Part shown: positions 20,966 through 32,300 of the stretch, piece by piece
Layout of the letters: each line of letters opens with the position of its first letter
Numbering within the stretch: position 1 is the first letter of the stretch
NCBI GenBank assembly: GCA_025594325.1
Contig: JANHCV010000014.1
Coordinates: 1,054,001 to 1,118,000, forward strand
Reading direction: 5' to 3'
From: Blastocladiella emersonii ATCC 22665
Lineage: Eukaryota > Fungi > Blastocladiomycota
Length of the DNA: 64,000 bases
Program-made: the position numbers and the translations under genes
The notes under the pieces: model-generated
What the model was told of the DNA's origin: nothing
The model's input: only the letters and a program-made list of their open reading frames with translations
Database searches by the model: none

Positions 20966-22294
20966 GAACTTGAACGAGGTTCAGGTGGTTGAGGCTAGAC
21001 AGGAAGATCACTGTGAGTTGGAGAACAGGCGAAACTTTTGATCGAGAACAACCCGTACGGCTGCAATCGGGTGGGTTGCTGCTTGAGATTGTTGTGGACA
21101 CCCAGAGACCTCAGTAAATATTGGGAGCTCGAGTGGAAGTCGGCGAGGACGTACCATTGGTCCACGATGTGATCAACTGTGCGAGAATAACCGAAGTGCC
21201 AGGTTGATGTGTGGCACAAGTCCAGTGTAAGCGAACCCTACAGGATGCAGGTTGATTGTCGATAAAAAATTGCGTAGCGGATCTGGGCTTTAACTGGGGG
21301 ATCTCTCGTAAGCTAGGCAAACCACCCGGCGAGTCGTGCGAGAGTATGTAGGTTGAGTTGGGCCGAGGTGCGACGCATGGAAAAGTTGATGACCAAGCCG
21401 ACATTCTGCGCTGAGCGACGAGTACTACGCACGTCCTTTCGTCGTCAACGCGTCCTCCTTGTCGCATTTGAACGCGCGAGTCTCGCGGCTCTAAGAGCCA
21501 ACAACTACGTCTCGGTGTACGTCGCATCAGGACACGTTGTCGCCTTCCATCGCGAGACTTGACGCATGAACTCTCGTCAAGCTTGTGCACCGTGCGCATC
21601 TGCAGAATCGTGCGAGATAACAGAAGTGGTGGGCCCAGCAAGGAGTTCAGTCTTTAAAGCGGCCGCGCTGTCACAGATTCGGGCCGACACCGTGTGCCCA
21701 CTCGATTGAGGCGACAGGGCGCGCGGACGCATGCGAGAGGGTGACGCGAGCGGCGCGACGCGAGGCTGGCACAAAGATATAGCGTCGCCAGATGACGGGC
21801 GATAGCAATGCATGAGCTTTTTTGCAGTGGTTACGTGCTAGGGGAGCAGGCGGGGAGAGCGGGGACGACTCGCGACTCGAGCGTGGCGCTACGCGTCGCG
21901 AACGCGCTCTCACTTCCGGCCAGCGTGGACCGAGGCTAGGCTCGAGTCCTCACTAATTTCCTTCCGGGCTCGCCTACGGCTCGCCCGTGTCAACCATGGA
22001 ACATGTTGCGTCCTTATACTGCAAGTCGGCCCGCAGGCTATCAACTCGTCCCTCACCTAGGCTTCATACAGCTGCTCGCCCGCGTTCCGCTTGAGCCACC
22101 CCTCAAGTGTCCTCTCACGCAGGCTCGAGTGCTGGCGCCAGCAAGTAACTCGTACGCGAGGGGCACGCGTGCATCCATCTCAGCTCGCTGAGCTCGTCCC
22201 ATGGAAGCTCTCGCTCTCAGCAAGCTTAACACCAGCGCAGCGCCGAACTGGTTGTGCTCCACGTAGAGTCGCAGACGGCGTTGCTGCACTCGCC

Positions 22295-22867
22295 TTAAGC
22301 TCCGGCAACATGACGGGGTGCCAACGCATCGATCGCGCCGAGAAACCGCAGCGCGCGACGGCATACCCTCCGATTCTCGGCGCAAAACCTGCGCACCGCG
22401 GCCGTGACCTCGATCGGCTCCCTAAAAAAACCCAGCGACCGGCGCACGGTCAACAACGGCACCGATTCCGGGTCCTCAAACGGCGAATTAACCCTGTATC
22501 CGTGGCGGTCAAGCCAGTCGTCCAGTTCCTTGAACCGATTGCCGAGCGCCGCGAGCTTGGCGTGCTGGGCGCGCGCGAGTGGGTAGAGGTTAGGCTGATT
22601 GCCGTCGTAGAAGCGGAGGAGGGAACGGGTGGACCCAAGGCGCGCAATCGCGCCAGCAAGTAGCGCGGATGACTTGACGAGCTGGTCCGAAGGGGCCTTG
22701 CCCGCGCGCAGAATCCAGCGGAAAACCTCATCTGCGTCCTCGCCCATGGCCGGGTCGGCGAGTTCAAGCTCACGCAGGGTACGCGCCGACGAGGGCGCGT
22801 GCAAGCACGAGTCGACCAGAGGCGTTGAGAGCCGGCCTTCACTCGCGCAACTCATGCGCCACCGCAA
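22295..22867 (-). CDS. Hypothetical protein or gene fragment (190 aa)
   Basis: ORF with globular-looking composition (EVFRWIL, LLRFYDGNQPNLYP, ELDDWLDRHGY); no domain recognised. Confidence 0.35.
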   Translation of the reverse strand: MRWRMSCASEGRLSTPLVDSCLHAPSSARTLRELELADPAMGEDADEVFRWILRAGKAPSDQLVKSSALLAGAIARLGSTRSLLRFYDGNQPNLYPLARAQHAKLAALGNRFKELDDWLDRHGYRVNSPFEDPESVPLLTVRRSLGFFREPIEVTAAVRRFCAENRRVCRRALRFLGAIDALAPRHVAGA

Positions 22868-23226
22868 GCAGCCGAACCGTGCAAGTGGGCTTAAGGTTTA
22901 TGAAAGCTCTGTATTGCATATAGTCGTTTGGAGAGCGGGGACCGGCTCCGCCGAAAAATGCAGCTTCAAAGCTCCCATTTCGATCGGCAAAGCACGCGCG
23001 TGACCGGCCGAGTCGGGGTGATGGGAGTGGCAGCGATCGGCACCAACAGCCCCGCGCCGCCGACTTCTTTCCTCTACCCTCGTCCCCTCACCTCGGCCGA
23101 TCCTGTACCCGCACTCCCCTGCAACGAATCAACCTCGCGGACTACGTGCATAGGCGCCGCCTCGCCGTCCCCTCGCCCGATCCGCCCGTGTTGAGCCGAT
23201 GCAGCAGCAACCCGCGGACATGAACG

Positions 23227-25522
23227 ATGCGCTACCATGGCAGTAGACCGCACCTCGCCGCTGCTGCAGCCCGGCCCCTGCTGTTTGTGCCGAACCGGCC
23301 ACCACCACCACTGTTCCGGGTCGCGATCGCGCCCGTCGCTACCGCCGCCGCGCCGCTCTTTCGGATACCCTGCACAGCCCTGCGTGGCGCACTCGGCGGC
23401 GCGAGATTGTTACCCGTTACCCACCACCAACACCTGCTCTCCCGCCACCTGCACACGACGCCGGTCCAGATCCCGCCCGCCAAGGCGTCGGACGAGCCCG
23501 CCGCCGCTCGATCCCCCTCCTCCGACCCCGCACCACCATCTCCTCCCACCTTCGCCCCCGCGGCCATGTCTTCGGATGACCAGCGCACGCGCCCACCACG
23601 ACCCAATCATCCTCGCCCACCGCGCCCGCCCCCGTCCTCCAAGAAACCGAAACCGCAACCCGCCGACGCCGCGACCGTGTCCGCGCTCATCGCCGACCTC
23701 GCCGCGTCCATCGAGTCTAGTTCCCCCGCAACCGCGTGGGAGCGTTACCTCGCGCTCCGCGCCGCGCGCGCCGTGTCCGCGATCCCGCTGCCAACCTTCC
23801 GCGCGCTGGCCAAGCGGCTACACCTCGCGCACTCGCGTCCCTCCTCCCCCACCCCTACCGCCCCTTCCCCCGAAACGTACGCGTCGTGGCTGCGCCAGCT
23901 CGCGCTCGACCTCGTCACGTACCACTTCGCGGTCCCGTGGGCGTACGAGGAGTACCAGCTGGTGTTCATGCACCGGACGCGGCGCGGGTCGGCGAACGCG
24001 GGCAAGGCCAAGCGGCTCGCGCGCATGTGGGCCAAGCTGCTGGCCGATCCGCCGTCGCCGGATCCGAGGCCGTTTCACTTGTTTCTGCAGCACGCGCTCG
24101 AGGAGCCCGCAGGCGCGGGCCCGCCGCTGGCGGACGTCGTCAGCGCGGTGCTCCAGCGCGACGACCTGGTCATGGACGCGACGACGTACGCGCTCGTGGT
24201 GCGGACCGTCGCGCGGTCGGCCGACTGCGGGCAGGCGCACGGCGTACTCGAGGCGCTCGTCCAGCGCGGCGCGCGGCCCGACCCGCAGGTCCTGTGCGCG
24301 GCGTTCCAGGACCTTGCGCGCGCCGACGCGGCCGACTCGTGCGCGCTGATCTGGGCCACGTGGAAGGGCGCGTTGCTCGGTCGCCGACGCGGGAGCGGGA
24401 GCGGGAGCGGGGGTAGGAACGGCCCGCGGCTCGTCCAGGAGGCGATCCGGCTGTCGGGCGCGCACGCGCTCGTGGTCGAGATGGCGCACGCGGTGGTCGC
24501 GGGCATGGACGGTGCGTTTTCGCTCGCTCGGTCGTTCCCAACACGCAAACTGACATTTTGTGGGACGTGTAGACCCGGTGCACCTCGCGCGCAACCTCAA
24601 CTCATGGCTTGCGCTCGCGTGCGACCTCGGCCCGACGCGCCGCACGACCGTCTCCTCCTTCCTCCATCTCCTCGCGCAGCAGCCCCTCGGGACGCAGGAC
24701 CTGGCGTGGAGCATGCTCGCGTCGGGGTTCGCCAACTCCCAAAAACCCGACCCGGCAGCCACCCGCCGGTTCGCGCGCGGTCTCCTGCGCGGGATCGACG
24801 ACGCGGCGCGCGTCTCGCCCACGCACCCGCTCGACGGCGTGTCGGGCATGACGCTCGCGCGCGTGCTCGCGCAGCTGCACGCGGCCGCGGGTCCCGCGCC
24901 CGTCGCCGCCCTGGTCCGGTCCCTGGCCGTGCGCGGGGTTCCGGCCGTCTTCGCGGTGCCCGCCGCCAACGCGGCACTCGCGGCGTGCGTCGCGGCGGGC
25001 GACACCGAGACCGTCACCACGCACGTGTGGCCGGGGATCCAGACCGCGCGGTCGGCGGACACGCAGACGCTCAACTACCTCCTCCAAGCGGGGGCCACCT
25101 CCCCCTCCGACGCGACCGCGTACATGGACGCCGTGACGCGGTCGCTCGGCGCGCTCGGCGTGCAGGCGAACGGCGTGACGTGGTCGGTCCTCGCGCAGTG
25201 GACCGCGCGCGCGCTCCGGTCGCCGCCCGGCGTGTTCGCGCTGCTGGGCAAAGCCGCGGCAGCGCGGCAGGGGTCTGCGCCGCTCCTCCACGCGGCGCTC
25301 GCGTGTGCGACGACGCAGGAGCAGGTGCTGGCCGTCGCGCGGTTCCTTGCCGCGCACGAGCCGCGGGACGCGAGGCGGTGGGTCCGCGACGACGCGCGGA
25401 ACTGGGAGCTCTGGCTCGCCAAGCTGCGCGCGGCGGATGTCGGCGTCGAGGTGGTCGAGGCCGAGATGGGCGCGGACGTGTACAGGGCGATACTCGGTGA
25501 TGGTCAGGTTGATGGTGAATAG
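23227..25522 (+). CDS. Mitochondrially targeted PPR-like (pentatricopeptide repeat) protein
   Basis: Exons 23227-24511 and 24573-25522 (61-nt intron, CTGAC branch). Presequence-like N-terminus (..LSRHLHTT). PPR-like helices MDATTYALVVRTVARSADCGQAHGVLEALVQRGARPD, ADTQTLNYLL, ANGVTWSVL. Confidence 0.7.
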
Positions 25523-26102
25523 ACGCGCGGGTAATTCATGTCGGCAGCGCACGTGAGGTCATGGCGCGCGCGGACCCACTCGCGTCGAGGGGCGCGGCAG
25601 CAGCGGGAGGATAAGCCACTCGCCGCGCCGCCTCGTTCGGGCACAGGTTCGGGCGAGGGCGAGTGCAGCGTGCATGCAGCGCGGATCGGCCTCCGCGAAG
25701 GAGAGCGCCACCGTTCGTTCGCTTCTCCTCTCTCTTCCCTCAACGCTGCTGACGGCGCGCCGACGGAACTCTCACTCGCTCTTCTTTGCACTCACCAACC
25801 GTGCCCGCTTTGACAGCGAGCACCCTCTCCCCCGCACCGCCGCCGCCGTGTCGCACCTCATCCTGTCCTGCCTGGCTGCCGGGCCGTGCACCACCGCCCC
25901 CGCCCCTGCCGCCGCGCCTACGCCCGCCGCACCTGCACCTTCAGCCAACGGAGCCGGTCTCCCCTCGCCCCCGCTCACGCACTCGCACTCGCGCCGCGCG
26001 TCGCTCATCGTCACGCACCCGCCGACCGCGGCGCTGCTCCCGCCGTCGCCGACGTCGCCCTCGCTCTCTCGCTTGCGCGCCCCTCGCCCCAACCCCGCCA
26101 AC

Positions 26103-28653
26103 ATGTCGAACGACCTCCCGCCGCGCTCGTCGTCGGCGCGCGCCACCGCCGAGAACGGCCACTCCTCCTCGGGCACCTCGGTAACCCCGCCGCCGCGCTC
26201 GGGCTCGTCGGCCGGGTCCGCCTTCGCCGTCAACCACGACCGGTCGTCGCTCGGCACACAGCTGTCGTCGCCCGGCGGGCTCAACCTGCAGTACCTGCCC
26301 GGCGCCGCGCCCGCACCTGCGATGCCGCCGCCGCGCCGCGCCGGGTCGCCCGCTACCTTCAACAACAACAACGGGTCCGTGTACCCGCCGCCCCGCGGGC
26401 CGGCCACGCAGCAGGGGCGCTATGCGCAGCCGCAGCGGTCCGGGACCGTCCAGGACTACTACCCGCACCACCAGCACCAACAGCCCCGCGAGGAGCAGCA
26501 GCAGGTGTCCGTCGAGGAAGAGGCGGCGCCGCCGCCGCGCCCGCGCACCAACCCGAACCGGTACTCGACGTACCTCCCGGCGCCCTCGTCGCCTCCCCCG
26601 GCCTCCTCCTCGTCGCGCGCGGGGAACGGGTCGTCGCGGCGCCGCGGCGCGCCCGGCGGTGGCGCGTCGCGCGGGTACTACAACGCCGGCAACGGGTCCG
26701 ACTACGCGACCCATGACGCCCACCCGGCCTCGCCGCCGCAGCCGCCGCCGGCCGTCCTCGTGTACACGACGTCGCACGGCGGGCGGCAAGAGTACCCGGT
26801 GCGCGCGGACGCGGCGACCACGATCGGGCGGCGCGAGGGCAACGACATCATGCTGCAGTGCGCCAAGATCTCCAAGTTCCACGCGTACGTGCAGCCGCAG
26901 CTGGCCGAGGACGTCGGGTATGGCCACGCCGGCGCCGGCGCCGGCGCTGACGGCGGCGGCGGGTTCCGCTACTTTCTCGTCGACAACAAGTCGTCCAACG
27001 GCACCCGCCTCAACGACGTGTTCATCTCCCAGCACGTGCCGCTGAACGACGGCGACCGGATCCAGATCGGCACCGTCGACCTCGCCTTCTATTACACGGA
27101 CGGGCCGGCGTACGCGGCGCGGAACGGGGTGGCGGTGCCGCCCGAAGAGGCGGGTCGGTTCCGCGCGAACGGCAACGGCAGCGGCGGCGGCGGCGCGGGC
27201 GGCCCGAAGCCGCCGGCCAAGAACATTGACCTGGTCATGATCCTGCCGCCCGAGGAGCAGTACGAGGAGACGGTGGCGATCCGCGCCGAGCTCGACGGCG
27301 AGTCGCCGCAGACCGACTTCCCGCCCGCGTCCGAGATCGAGGACGTGGACACGCTCAAGGAGGATTACGAGAAGCTGCGGCTCGCCTACGAGCTGTCCAA
27401 GCTCAGCTACGCGTCCAGTATCCACGACCACCTCGCCAAGATGGTCGACCTCATGTTCTCGGTGCTCCCCGTCGACCGCGGCGTGGTCCTCCTCGTCGAC
27501 AACGCCACCAACCTGCTCGTCACCAACCTCGTGCACCTGCGCCCCGGCGCCGGGTACGAGGGCCGCGAGATTTTGCTCAGCTCGACGATCCTCCAGCGCG
27601 TCTACAAGACGCGCAAGTGCCTCGTGACCTCGGACGCGTCCGAGGACCCGGACCTCGGCAACTCCAAGTCGATTGCCAAGGGCCAGATCCGCAGCGTGCT
27701 GTGCGTCCCCATCATCGCCCACGAGGAGGTGCTCGGGATCCTGCACCTCGACTCGCGCAACCGCATCAACACGTTCCTCGAAAAGGATGTCGCGCTCGTC
27801 CAGACCATCATCAACCAGACGGCGATCCAGATCGAAAACTCGGTCCTGTTCGAGCAGCTCCAGACCGAGGTGCGCGTCACGGAGCAGCTGAAGCGGTTCC
27901 TCCCGCCCCAGGCCGTCGAGCGCATGGCCAAGAAGAAGGAGGGCGCGATCAAGAAGGGCGGGCACGAGATGACGGCGACCATCGTGTTTGCGGATATCCG
28001 CGGGTTCACGAACCTGGTACGCTCTGTTTTCGTCGTGGTTGGTTGTGAGCGACGTGCTAACACCCAAACGTGTGTAGTCGGAACGCTGCTCGCCGTCCGA
28101 GGTGTTCGACCTGCTCAACGACTACTTTGAGCGGCTCGTGCAGGTGGTGTTCAAGTACAACGGCGTGGTCGACAAGTTCATTGGCGACGCGCTCATGGCC
28201 GTGTTCGGGACGCTCGACGGCGAGGCCGAGGCCGGGCCGACCTTCTCAGTCCTCAACTCGGTCATGGCGGCGCTCGAGTTCCAGAAGGCCATCGAGGAGA
28301 TGAACGAGGAGCGCGCGCGCCAGGGCAAGGAGCCCATCTCGATCGGCATCGGGCTCAACACGGGGCGGCTCATCACCGGGTTCATGGGCGCCCAGGCCCG
28401 ACTCGAGTACACGTGTATCGGCGACACGGTCAACCTGGCGTCGCGCATCTGCGGGTTCGCGTCGCATAACCAGGTGCTCATGTCCGAGGAGACGCTCAAG
28501 TACGTCAAGGGCCGCGTCGACGTCCGGTTCCAGTCCCGCCAGCAGTTCAAGGGCAAGGAGCGCGAGTGTACCGTGTACGAGGCGCTCGGCCTGCTCGAGG
28601 ACGGGCTCCTCGAGAACGCGTCCGAGGTGTCGGGCATGTCGTCGCAGTCGTGA
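26103..28653 (+). CDS. FHA-GAF-class III adenylyl cyclase
   Basis: Exons 26103-28016 and 28078-28653 (61-nt intron, GCTAAC branch). FHA: TIGRREGNDI..ISKFHA..DNKSSNGTRLN. GAF: IRSVLCVPI..VLGILHLD. Cyclase: VFADIRGFT, VDKFIGDALMA, GIGLNTG, EYTCIGDTVNLASR. Confidence 0.9.
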
Positions 28654-28713
28654 TGGGTTGTGGGAGGAGGTGAGGATGTTATATATATTCGCGTACATGA
28701 TGTGTAATCCGGT

Positions 28714-29083
28714 TCAGAAATCTACACCCACCCGCACTCGCTCTCGTCAGCGCACACTCTCCTCCACAACATCGCGAAGCCGTAGTAGTACCGTAGACGC
28801 GCCCCTTGCGCTCCCAATCGCCGTACCGCGTCGGCTCGGGCCCCTTGGGCCCGTTGATCTCGCCCGTGGTCTGGTTCACGCCGCCCGGGTGCGCGGCCAG
28901 CGGCTCCTGCTCCGCGTCCGGGTGGGTCTCGGGCGTCGCGTACTCGGCCCGCGCCTGCGCTGCGCGGATCGTCTCCTCCATCTCGCGCTGCGCCTTGGCG
29001 TCGCCCAGCGGCAGCGGGCCAGGGGAGCGTTTCAGGGAGAAGTCGGCGAAGGTGCGCCGTGCGAGGAGGGTGAAGCGGTTCAT
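28714..29083 (-). CDS. SDH8: Succinate dehydrogenase assembly factor 4 (Sdh8/SDHAF4, DUF1674)
   Basis: TGEINGPKGPEPTRYGDWERKGRV; a 70-nt intron (28791-28722) completes Y-D-F-stop; mitochondrial presequence MNRFTLLARRTFA. Confidence 0.92.
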
Positions 29084-29326
29084 GGTGGGGTGGGTGAGGG
29101 GAGGGGAGGGAGAGGGGGATCGGCGAGCGAGGCCATGAGGTGGAGACGTGCGTGTCTCGCCGATGGGCGTGGCAGGCGCCATCGCGAAGTGGCGACTTGC
29201 CCCCAGTGGTGCGCCACTCCTCCTCACTCTCATCATCTCCTCCCTCCTTGCTCTCGCCTCATGCGCTCCCGCTCTCCCGCCCACGAACGCACTATACGAT
29301 AGCAGACGCAATCCCCCGAACGGACC

Positions 29327-32300
29327 ATGTCCGCCACCGCCGCGCTCGCGCAGCAGCAAAAGACGTTCACCAAGTGGGTCAACGCCAAGCTGCGCACGCT
29401 CGGTTCTTCCTCGCCTCCCCCCATCGCCAACCTCTCGCGCGACCTGCGCGACGGCCTGGCCCTGCTCGCCCTCGTCCGCACCCTCGCCCCGCCCGCGACC
29501 CCCGCCGACGCCGCCGCGCTCAGCCCGGAGCGCCACACGGTCCTCCGCATCCACCAGATCCTGAATGTCGGCAAGGCGCTCAACTACGTCGCCCGCGTCT
29601 CCGGCGCGCCGCTCCCGAGTATCGGCGCCGAGGATATCGTCGACGGGAACGCCAAGCTCACGCTCGGGCTCGTGTGGGTCCTGATTCTCAGGTTTCAGCT
29701 CGCGTCGGTGCGTCCTTTGCCTTGGTTGCGGGTAATGGTCGAGGCTGACGTCTCCTGGGTGTAGATTGCCGTCGCCGTCGACGAGACCATCCCGGACGCC
29801 GCCAAGTCGCCCGTCGCGCACCCGCTCGCGCTCTCGCCCGAGCCCGCCGATGCGCCTGCGACGGCGCCCGCGGCCGAGGGCGACGACGGCTCCTCCGAGG
29901 ACCGCGCCAGCACGCCTGTCAACATGACCAACGACCCGCCCCCCACCGCCTCCGAGTCCTCGCCCAAACCCAAGGCCGGCGGCGACGTGTCGCTCAACGA
30001 GGCGCAGCAATCGCTCCTGCGGTGGGTCGCGTCGCAGCTCGCTGCACCCTGCTACGCCGCCGTCACCGCCGCGCACCCGCCCACCAACTTCAACGCCGCG
30101 TGGCGGTCCGGCGCACTGTTCCTCGCCCTCGTCCACTCGTCCAACCCGGCGCTGTTTGATGCTGCGGAGCTGGCGGCTGGGGAGGGGGCCGATGCGCACG
30201 CGACGCTCGCCCGCGCGTTCGCCCTCGCCGAGGACGAGCTGGGCATCCCCGCGCTCCTCGACCCCGAGGACCTGGATGTGCCCGACGACAAGTCGGTCAT
30301 GACCTACGTCTCGTCGTTCTACGTCGCCCTGCACTCGCCGCGCGCGTCGCCGACCCCGCCCGCCGACTCGGCCACCACCCCGCCCGCCGACTCGGCCACC
30401 ACCCCGGCCGCTGCCGCGAGCCTCCGCTCCCGCGGCTCCATCGCCTCGCTCGCATCGACCACGGGCACCGCGCCCTCGACGCCCCTGCTGGGGACGGTGA
30501 ACCCCGCCGACATGTCGCCCGCGCACCGCGACCTGCGCCACGTCGCCGGCGAGCTCGCCGCGCTGCGCCGTGCCGCGAAACGCGTCGCTATCGATTACCC
30601 GGACCTCGACGCCCGCGAGGCCGCGCTCGCGAATGCGGGCACCCGGCTCGCGGGGCTCAAGGAGGAGCTCAAGGAGACGGCGGACCGGTACGCGGATGAG
30701 GTCGCCGCCGGCGGTGGGGATGTGCCCGCCCAGGCGGCGCTGGCCAAGGCGACCGGGTATGTGGATGACGTGACGCTGATTGTTAAGCGGCAGACGCACG
30801 GGCTCGCGCTCGAGCGGTTGATCCGGGTACGCACGGACGGGTTGTGCGGGAGGATCGATCGGTTGCTGACGACTTTCGCGGGGGCGTGTAGGACTTTTAC
30901 GAGGACTGCGACTCGTGCCACAAGTGGATCGCCGACTCGTCCCTGTCGCTCCTCCTGCAGACGCAGAAGACCGAGGCCCTCCGCATCCCCGCCGACACCT
31001 CCCCGCCATCGCCCAAAACCCTCGCCGATTTCGCCGCGCAGATCCGCGAGGTGCGCCACTGGTGCGACGTCATGGACGCGCACCTCGGCGAGTTTTCCGC
31101 CACCCTCGACGCGCTCCGCGCCACGGCTAAAAATATCGTCGCGCACGTCGGCGACTCGGCCAAGTTCGCCGATGTGGCGGCTACGGTGCATACGCGCGAG
31201 AGCGACGTCATGGCCGCGTGGAACACGTTCAATGACGGGTACACCAAGCTCCGCGCTGCCATCGAGCCGCGCAACGCGCAGGCCGAGTTGGTGGCGGCGG
31301 TCCTCGCGGCGGGCGTCGAGGTGGATGCCGTCGCGAGCGATTTGAACCTCGTCCTCGAGTCGGCGCCCGCGCCCGCTGAGCCCGCCGAGCCCGAAGCGGG
31401 GCGACCGGTCTCGCTCATATCCGACTCGGGCAAACCGGGTGGCGGCGACGCGGCGCTCTCGACGATCGTGCAGGCCGTCGACCGACTCCAACCCAAACTC
31501 GACGCCGTGCAGCGCCAGGTCGCCGCGTGGCGCGACCGGTACGCCGCTCTCCTCGGCCAGGGCACCAACGACGCGCGGCTCCTCGCCGCCGCCGTCGCGC
31601 ACGTCGAGTCCGCCGCCGAGGCCGCGACCGAGCGCCTCCTCACCGCGTACCGCGCCGCCCGCGCCGCCTCGCTCGCCCGCGACTGGGCCACCGCAGCGCA
31701 CTACGTCCGCCAGGTCCGCGACTCGCTCCCGCAGCTCGCGTGGGCGAGCCCCGCGGATACGGACGCGGAAGCTGTCGCGGCGCTCGTCTCCGCGGCAGCC
31801 GCGGTCGCGTCCACCGGGTCCACGCTCGCGTCGTACGAGGCGCGCGTGCTGCGCAAGCTCGAGGAGAAGACGGACAAGCACGCGGCCGAGCTCGATGACG
31901 CGCAGGCGGCCGCCGCGAAGAAGGCCGCCGCGGACGTTTTGGGAGTGTGGGCCGAGGCCATGGCACAGTACAACGCGATCAAGGCCGAGCACGCCGACCA
32001 GGCGTGGGTCGTCGACGCCGCGCGCGCGCTGGGGCGCGTCGAGTTCCGGCTCGTCCAGATCACGGACGCGATCCCCGCGCATGCCGGGAAGCGGCGGTCG
32101 ATGCTATCGCTCCTCGGCGCCACGGAGGCCGCTGACGGTGAGACGCCCGCTGCGACGCCGACGACGGACCTCGTCGCGGCCCGCACCGCCCTCGACGACC
32201 TGCGCGTCGACATCGACACGCTGCCGACCGAGTTCCCGCGGCTCGAGGAGCTCGAGATTTTGGGGGTGCAGCTCGCGCGCCTCGCCGAGAAACGCGACAA

